NCBI RefSeq assembly: GCF_008831285.2
Contig: NC_045138.2
Location: 27,156,001-27,220,000 of the forward strand
Length of the DNA stretch: 64,000 nucleotides
Source of the DNA: Nymphaea colorata
Lineage: Eukaryota
Direction: 5' to 3'
Numbering within the stretch: position 1 is the first letter of the stretch; each line of letters starts with the position of its first letter. A program made the position numbers and the translations under genes. Under the pieces are notes generated by a model that saw only the letters and a program-made list of their open reading frames with translations, had not been told where the DNA came from and did not search any database. Shown here in pieces: positions 50,953 to 64,000 of the stretch.

Positions 50953-53900
50953 GGCAAAGCCTTACAATGATAACTGCATGTAGTCAATTTAAATGGGAAC
51001 CTTTGAGGATTGTAATTGATGTGACTATTGACATCTATAGACTTCGAAGCAGTTACACAAGATCTGAGAAGTGACAAGAGGGGAGGGAGGGAGCCTCTCC
51101 CTTTTTACTCATGCTTCCAAGGTCTAATGCTTTTTCGGGATCTGGGTAGAAAGCAGAACACCTATCAATTAAGCGCTTGTGTACCTACCATTTGCAATGA
51201 AGGGAAATAGAGCCCATGAGCCGGTCTTTCACCGTTCTACCATTTTGACTAACTATGCTATGCCCCTCGGGATGAGAAATGATAAAGGAATCCTAAGAAT
51301 TCGAAGAGATGTAACCTTGTGTGAGAGGAATTCTTATAGAACTTGAAGTAGAAAGGTTTCATATATGTGCCGACGAATAGATTTATATAGAAAATTCATG
51401 CTTTGGTCCTTAGCGGACAATGGATAATCAATTGGCCCCACTGTTTCAAGAATATGAAATTAACACTTTATTATGCTTTAATTTTAAGTCCCTTATTATC
51501 ACAAATGCTCCGCTTGTAAATTCAAGCCACCAAATACTTGATAAGAGAAAAATTGGCGCTCAAAGAACCAAAAATAAAGAGAATGAGTTTCCTAAGAAAG
51601 CTAAACATGCCCAAGGTGGGCTAGAATCCAGTTATTAATCAGCTAAATATAAGTTAAAAAGAACAAACGTTTGGTAGTTACGATATTTTTAAAGGAGAAA
51701 TTCAATTGGGACTTATTTTATCGTTTTGGAAGTTAAGAATGTTTATTCAAACTATTGAAAAAGTTTTAAAGAGTTAAGTGTCATGATATTTTGAAAATAT
51801 AAGAATATTAACGATGAAACAAAAAAAGAGAAAATTTGCGATATTTAAAAAAATTGAGCTTAAACTAATTTTTTTCATCATTTTTATCTCATTAAAGCAT
51901 CCATTTTATCTAGTTTTATTTATGTTTTCTTATTAGTTGTTGATTTTATTTAATTTCTATCTATTTGTTTTTTTTCATTTTGTAAAGCTTTTCAAATTTC
52001 TCCTAATATTTTTTTTTTAGAAAAACAACCTTGTCGAAAACTATCTGAGAAAAATCTTGCTGTAAAAACTTTTGCAACAATGATATAAACAAACACCGGT
52101 TTCAATACGATGGAATTTGAATCCACGTTAAGCAGCAAAAAGTCCTCATACTTGAAGTCCAACCTGAGAATCTGAGAAGAGAGGCCGGACTTTGAATCTT
52201 CATATCTCATTTTGGATCACATTAGCCTGGAAAAGATGAGCAGTTCTGTTACCATTATAAGCAGGATACCAAGGAGAGACGCAATTTCTGTATGTCCCAA
52301 GGAACCTCCACCAAACCCAAATTCCTCGACAGAAAGGAGAAAAAGAAGTTGGGAAAAAAAGATACGAACTTATTTTTTGGGTGTAATCCTTAAGGGCACT
52401 AGGGTAGCTACATTTAGGCTGGCATAGGCAGTTGCCTATGTCAACAACAAAATTTTTATTTATTTTTACATATTTTTATATAGAATTATTATAATTATTT
52501 ACTTATTTATATATGTTGTGCTCCTTCAAAAATGAGAATTTGTATAACAGTATCTCGTAACGAAAAATTTCTAGCTCCACCACTGCTTAAGGGGTCGGGA
52601 TTGGTCCAACAGAATTGAATAGGAGCTCGCAGCGAGAATCTTTTCTTCGATTCCCTGAAGGTCAACTGTTTATGTTGCAAATGAGGGGACTATTGACATG
52701 TAAGTTGAAGCGTGACAAGAACGGCATCTTGAAGCACCAACACAAGCCGTGTACCTAAGAGATGATAGATTGAGTGGAAACTTTGGCTTTTTTGCTCACT
52801 AAAAATAACAGAGGGTATAAATGAATCAAGAAGTTCGAGGGTATATATTCAGTTGGAGCCGGTAGTTCTAGAACGATCCAAATCACAATTCAACTTAAAT
52901 TTAGTATGCGGTTCAAATACTCTGAAATTGAACACCAATCCAAACCCCAACATAGTTTGGACTCACTTAAACATAAAAACTCATAATCCACCCCTTATCC
53001 TATCCAGATTTTGATTTCAAAATTTCAAGTCGGAATTCTGATCCAATTCCAACTCATATTCATATCAAAGAAGATCCGGTTCAATCAGATTTGGCAAGTG
53101 GTAGATCGGACCTTAATCCAAATTCTATAAAGATGGAATTCAGATCGGATATTTTTTCAAAGTTTTAACATTTAACATCCGATGAAGAATTGAATCCGAA
53201 CTTGAAGAAACCAAGAAACGCCATCTCCAAAAACGGCCAAGAGAATATGACTCGACAACATTTCGGATCGGATCTGGACCCTTACTAATCACCAAGATCC
53301 AAAATTTTTTTATCGTTACATCTCGTTCAAGGGTGGGGCCCACGCTTTCTTTGGCCATGGGTGGTGGCGCGCATGATGGGGTGAAGCATGCTCATCATTA
53401 CTTTTTACCAAACCTTCCTTCACTTTCGGTCCACTCAGTTTTGACCCACATAATGAAAAAGCAGGCCACCATAACGGGTCGGGTCGAATGGATCCAAATC
53501 AAACCTAACCCAAATCCAGATTATCCATCCTGAGATCCAGATCCGGCTCATTGACTCGGATGTGAAACATCTTCACAAATCACAAGATAATGATCGTATT
53601 GAAGCTTCGCTAACTTTTGCTTTGGATTTGGATCTGGGACAAAGTCAAGAGAACGCCTGTGACACATCATTCTGAGTGGATCCTAAGCAAATTCTCAGTA
53701 TCCGACCCGTTTGCCTTTTCGCAGTTTATCGAATTCGGCTCGGATCTGATCCAAATCCCAACCGTACTTTGAAAGAACATGAGAAGACATGGATTCAAGT
53801 AATGACCGGATGTTTGTGTGTAATTCCAGAATCGGAACTGCGAAAAAAGAAGAAGAAGTTATCCTTTCTTATCTGCTCCACTCGGACTACATGTCAATTA

Positions 53901-54345
53901 TGTCGAACAAAAAGATAAAGATGCTTCCAACTTTTTCGTGAAAATGGTGTTGAGCTTTTAAAAGGCGAATACATAATTTATGAAGGATCACATTTTCCAA
54001 GAATCATGGGGGGTTGAAAAAGCTGATTAAATGTGTGTTCTTTGATACTTTTTATGAAAAGCACAGCTCATACACGGATTCTTATAACAGGTTTATTCAG
54101 ATTAGAAGTTCTTTTCATTTAAAATAGAAACAAGAAACGCAAACAACATACCACTTAAACTCAGCAGAGAAAAAGCCGGGGACGGGGACTAGATTCAGAA
54201 CAGTTTCTTTTGAAAAAATTATGCACCAAAAAATTATAAATAAAAATATGAGCTCCTAGTGAAGAAAAACTAAAAGCACAGTCCCTTTTAGTGGAATAAA
54301 GAAAATTCTCTTCGTAAATGCGAAGACTGGGGGGGGGGGGTTATT

Positions 54346-54360
54346 ACGTGGGGCCCACGT
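54346..54360. promoter_or_regulatory. Near-palindromic ACGTGGGGCCCACGT: TCP/site-II-type core flanked by ACGT cores, upstream of CK1
   Basis: GGNCCCAC matches the class I TCP consensus. A telo-box AAACCCTA lies at 54701-54708 in the GC-rich leader. Confidence 0.45.
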
Positions 54361-55053
54361 CTCCCGGTCTCCACGTTCCCGCGAGTCCTAAATTACCGGG
54401 AACTAACGGCGGTAGCGTTTTGGTAATTCTTGCCGCGAAGAGGGGCGAACTTGCAGTAAAAAAGTAAAGACACCCCGAAAAAATTCCAACGAAGTGTGGA
54501 AGATTCTCACTCTCGAGAGGGCGGGGCGGGGAGGGAGTTGGAGACAACCGTGTCATCATCATCATCCACTCAACCATCATCATGCATATTGGTCATCATC
54601 ATCATCCATCATCGTGACCATCTCCTTTTTTTATTTCCCGTCTCCTGCCTCCATCGCTCGACTCGATCGAAGGCGGGCGCTCTGGTCGGTCGGCTTTGCG
54701 AAACCCTAGATCCCCCATTTCGGGGCCTGATCTGCGGCCCTTAATCGCCTCGTGGTCCCTCTTAATGCGTGGTTCTTCCAATCCTCAGGCGATGGGCGCC
54801 GGTCGAGTCGCATTTGGCACGACTTCAGCGGAAATTCACTCCGATAGGGTTTTTGGCCTCGTCGGGGTCTGAAAGTTCGGTGGTTGTCCTTCGGGCTTCA
54901 TCTTCATCGCGGGTCTCGGCAGCTGCTATATAGAAGTAGAGATACACGTATATATCTCCCATTTCCTGAGGTTTTTGGAGTTGGTTTGGGTTTGGGGTTG
55001 GGGCTAAGGTTGGGTTCTCGATCGAGGAGACGTCGCTTGGCTGGGGGACCGTG

Positions 55054-59497
<4,444 letters not shown>

Positions 59498-62400
59498 CAT
59501 CCATTTCTCATCAGCACTTTCAGCTCTCTGCAGAAGCAAATTGTAAATCTTACTGGTGTACTATACCCACAGAGTGGTATTTTTTTTCTCTCTTAATTTC
59601 TTTAATTTCTTCTCATTCTGAGTGGGTTATGATGAGGGGGTGGCTTGAAGATAAACACAGGATTAATTAATTCGGCTCTCTAGGCTGGTATGCAATAAAG
59701 ATGTAAAACGGAAAGAGGTCTGGTGAGCCAATCAAGGATAGCTTGTGCATGTATACTGTTGTTACTAGTCATAATTTCTACTGCTTCTAGTCTAGCTCCG
59801 GTTTTAGCACGTTCTTGGACCACCTTTTTCTATTTTATTCGATTAAAATTTAGGTAGTCTTTCTTGATATTTGAATATCATGAACTACCTCTTAATGTGT
59901 TGTATTCACTATTTTAGATTATATCTGAATGCAGATTATGCAAACGAACATTTGGAAAAGATCTGTATTAAGAAAAAAGGATGTAACAGGCGGCTTAGCT
60001 GTGTGCTGGTGTGATCCTGGTTGTGCCGACTTGTGTAAGGTGCACTCTTCATGGATGAGCATTTCGTGCATGGACCGACTTGGAGTATTGATCGATAGCC
60101 ATTTTCTTGTTTCTTTCAGTCTTAAACTAACCGCGCTTACATGTTCCCCTATTGGGGAGTGGGGACTGGGTCAAGGTATATTTAATCTGGATCTGAAAAG
60201 CAGTGTGTTCTTTAGGGGTCATTTGGCCAGTGTAACGCATTTGTTACTGTCCCATTTATTTGCTCCAAAAGATAGAGAAATGCATGGAACATTTGGTCCA
60301 GCGTTTCATGAATGTCACATTTTTTTTAGTAGATTGATGAGACAGTATCAATGTGTTATTGCAGCAATAACACATTGTTACTGTTTCATGAATTTGATCC
60401 TAAAAAACAGGGTAGATTGATGGAAGATTCATGAGACAGGAATGCTCTGTTAGTGCTTGTGCCAAACATCTCCTCACACTTTTTCCACCCTGCTGGTCTA
60501 GTTTAGCCCAGTCAGTTCTTGAAAGTAGGTCTACAGAAGAAAATTCAACGTGCTTTGTGTTTTCGCTAAACCATGTTGCTTGAATGAACTGTTGCCTGGA
60601 AGCCGAGCTGATAGTTTTAAACCTGAAATGCCACATTTTAACTCCATGTACGTTTAAGTGTTGTCTTGTTTGTTGCCCTTCGTGGCCGCATCTAAAAACG
60701 TGCTTCCATTGCTAATTCGAGTATCCATATATCGTGTAGTGGATGGGCTGTCTGTGTCCCTTTGTTCGTAGAGATGGCTTTGACCGGTCTGACTATTATT
60801 CTAGCTTCTCAAGCAATATTTTAACTGATGGTTTGCTTTTGGGTCGAGCCTGCCTGAAGCGTACTGCTAGGGAAAAATAACCTGACCGCGGAAATCTCTC
60901 ATGAATGGATAGAATATCTTGGTAGCGGACCCTTGGTGAGCTTGTCTTTATCACGAGTCACCCATTTTCCCAGATTCCGTTTTCGTTTCTTGATCTGCAT
61001 GAATGATTGTCTGTTGCACGTGTGGAATTTGTCACAACTTTGGAAATGTCAATGTGGTTTTCTATGATACGACGCCGTGAAGAAAGCCAAAATTTTCTTG
61101 TTGGTACAGCACGGGACCGCGTGGTACCTTGTGAGCTTGAAAGTTTTGGAATGCAGAAAATTTAAGACCTCGAGATGTATGACAATTTGGCCACCGGTGC
61201 AGTTATCATCCCCATGGAGTATAGTCAATTAACAAAAAGTGAACCTAGGCGGGCGAGGAAACCAGATATTATCAGCCAGTGAGCTCCTCATTGGTCGACT
61301 GGGGTCTTTAGACTGGAAATAGTTTTGCATTGAAGTGCGTCCTCATACCTACCAAGTAAAAGAGGACGAACGCCTTCTTTCTGACAAGCAAGAAAGGGTA
61401 GAACAAAAGAAAAATGACTAACAAAAGAAAATTATTATCATAGGTGGGACTTTGTAGTTTTTTTACGGAAGTTTTTTTTCCTCCCCCTGTACCACAAATG
61501 ATGGTGAAATGGCAAAAGGGAATCCGAAGACTTTGCTACTGGAGCATCTTCTTGGTGTTGTAAGACTTGGCAGTACAAATGATGGTGAAATGGCTAAAGC
61601 TTAACTTTAAGCTGTTGGACGTTAAAAATTAAGACCTTTTAGGCCGCAGGAGCATAACAGTTCAGCATTTGAAATGCGCTTCTTGCGTAATCTGGCGGTA
61701 TGACTAATCATCTAGCTTGACTATTAAAAAGTGAAGATCTATATTTTGCTGTAATGCTTCTTTGGCACACGTACGAGACGGAGATTCTCATCTTCACAAA
61801 TCTGAGACAATTTCATGCATCGATTAGCATGTATCTCTTTGATCGGTTATATGGCTATTTAGTTCTTTCGCCGGGGCAATGTTCCTCAAGAGGTCGTTTG
61901 AATCTGCAATAACACCACAGAACAAAACAGCCACGTTCTGTATATGGGAAGCCGACTCAAATGTCGGAAACGTAACACATGGGACGGCTAGGACAAAGAA
62001 CAATGAGTATAAAATGAAATGGTGTTCCATGGTTTACCATGGAACGGCTTCGAAACCCGCTCAAAAGTCAAAACACACTCGAAACCCTCGATTTCTTGCG
62101 CACAAGTTCTCTCTCTCTCTCTCTCTCTCTCTGCAATCTCATCGAAACTCTCGACTTTCTTGGTTCAGCTTCGCCCTCTCCATCTCTTCCTGCAGTCCCT
62201 TCTCATGTGCTCTCTCTCCTATCCATCACTCAGTTTCTCAGTTGATCTCCTCATTAGCTCGATTTCTATGGTGGTGGGGCTTTCCTCTAAATCACTCATT
62301 TTACTCACAGTATGATCTCTTTTCACTATCGCTCTCACTCAGTTGCTATATATTTTGCTTGATTTGTGTCTCTCTCACTCATTTGCTATATATTTTGCTT

Positions 62401-62805
62401 GATTTGTAGCATGCTTGAGCTCAACGAGGACAGTTCAATACGCTTTCTATTATTGTTGGTCTACTTTAGATGGTTTGCTATTTTTCCCTTTCTTTTATCC
62501 ATATTTCACCTTTTAATATTAAATTAATATGAAAATGCTCAATTTTTATGGTTTGCAGAAAGCAAATACATGGGCCAAATCAAGTTTACAAGACGAACTG
62601 AAATGATGAGTCGACTCTTGATGGCCATTGTATAGTACTATTATAGAAAAAAGGAGTATAGAAATGGGGAGACCACTATTAAGAATATAATGAAGTAGCT
62701 AGAAGGTTGTTTATACTTGTACTTGCAATTATGAAAAGTTGATGATTGATGAACAATGTAATTGTTTTTGTATAAATAGCAAAAGTTGTTTTTTTTCATG
62801 AGTTG

Positions 62806-62920
<115 letters not shown>

Positions 62921-64000
62921 TATTACTTCATTTTGGCTATTCACACACTTCTTTTGAATATTCTCATAATGAAACAAGAGACTCCAAGAAACAAACATCG
63001 GACAGGCCGAATAAGATAGACAATACAAATAAAACAACCGTTGGATATAAGGAACATGATGTTTATTCCTAAAATTGTCAAACAATGGACTGAACAATGG
63101 TGTGATAGACATGACGTCTTGTTTGTTCTGTCCTATGGTTCAGCTATCAAACAACTTCAATGGTTTGTCATCAAACATTGACCACTATAATTCAACACAC
63201 ATTTCATTTTCAACTCCAAAAAAACTACTGCGTGAAAAAATTGCTCTTGATCATTTGGTTTCTCAACCCTCCGAACATTGGTCGTATCAGAAATCATAAG
63301 AGAACATTGATCGTATCGTTACTCAGACAGATGAGAATACCAACCAATTGTATTAATGGCCCAACGAAGCAATTGAATTGTATGTCATTTTCGAATATTT
63401 TTTTTCATATCGTTGAAGCTTTAGGTGAGCGGCATTAGAATTGAAAGGATTAATGAACAAGCCAAATAGAAAAAATGAAAAATAAGCTTAAAAGCGTTTT
63501 GGATGTCATGAATGACATGAAGAGGAGCCAGGAACAAGTCATAATGCATATGATATTTGTGATCTTATGCTTCCCCTTATTCTTTGAAATCGACTTCAAA
63601 GTTTATATCAGACCACAAAGAAAAAAAGAAGGCCCTATGATCATAATATATACGAGTACTCGATCCAAATCTCTTCAAATCTTTCCAATAGGAAATTTTG
63701 AATGGAGAATATCAATATAATCTGATTTTGCCTCTCTTCACGTGTTGGCACCTTAAAAATCATATTTCTTTAATGGCTTCCGTGCAAACTCTAACCTCAT
63801 AAATGTCATCTTCACAGGCTGAGCCTGTAAATTCCCTCTCGGATGGCTTCATCCGAATGCGGAAGCTAGGTTTTAATGGAAACTGAAGATTTAAGGACAT
63901 TTGAAACATTGCAGATTGAAAAATTATATCTACTGTTCCGATTACCAACCATGAACATCACAAACGGAAATCGAGGACTTTCTATTCGATCACATTGCAC

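Noticed and set aside
52810..53720. ATCCGA/GGATC-rich tracts (also ~5850-6200, 22530-22720, 31940-32150) as structured ncRNA
   Set aside because: They resemble subterminal arrays of decayed hAT-like MITEs. TIR/TSD boundaries could not be fixed, so they are not listed as features.

Overview
Eukaryotic (flowering-plant) nuclear DNA: AT-rich, GT-AG introns, many dinucleotide microsatellites. The species cannot be determined from the sequence. Seven protein-coding genes can be reconstructed by eye: an IQM-type calmodulin-binding protein (+, 9773-12918), an IQ67-domain IQD protein (+, 17099-19833), a Ycf20-like protein (+, 24284-24748), a CYP711A/MAX1-like P450 (-, 25624-30643), a NIPA9-like Mg transporter (+, 32357-40446), an intronless P-class PPR protein (+, ~41724-44033) and a casein kinase 1 (+, 55054-59497). 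The intergenic DNA holds many small non-autonomous mobile elements. The clearest is a complete, very young 456-bp TRIM retrotransposon (identical 190-bp LTRs ending TG...TA, PBS, PPT, 5-bp TSD). There are also hAT-type MITEs with 8-bp TSDs, PIF/Tourist-type MITEs (one abutting the PPR start), a dispersed family with tRNA-like heads (probable SINEs), several short tandem duplications and a 100-bp perfect microsatellite palindrome. I found no CRISPR array, rRNA or intact tRNA. I cannot demonstrate a wholly new system. The best leads are the TRIM, the divergent MAX1 motifs, the SINE-like family, a CK1 uORF and possible unannotated minus-strand exons at 2-8 kb. Exon coordinates were read manually and may be off by a few bases.
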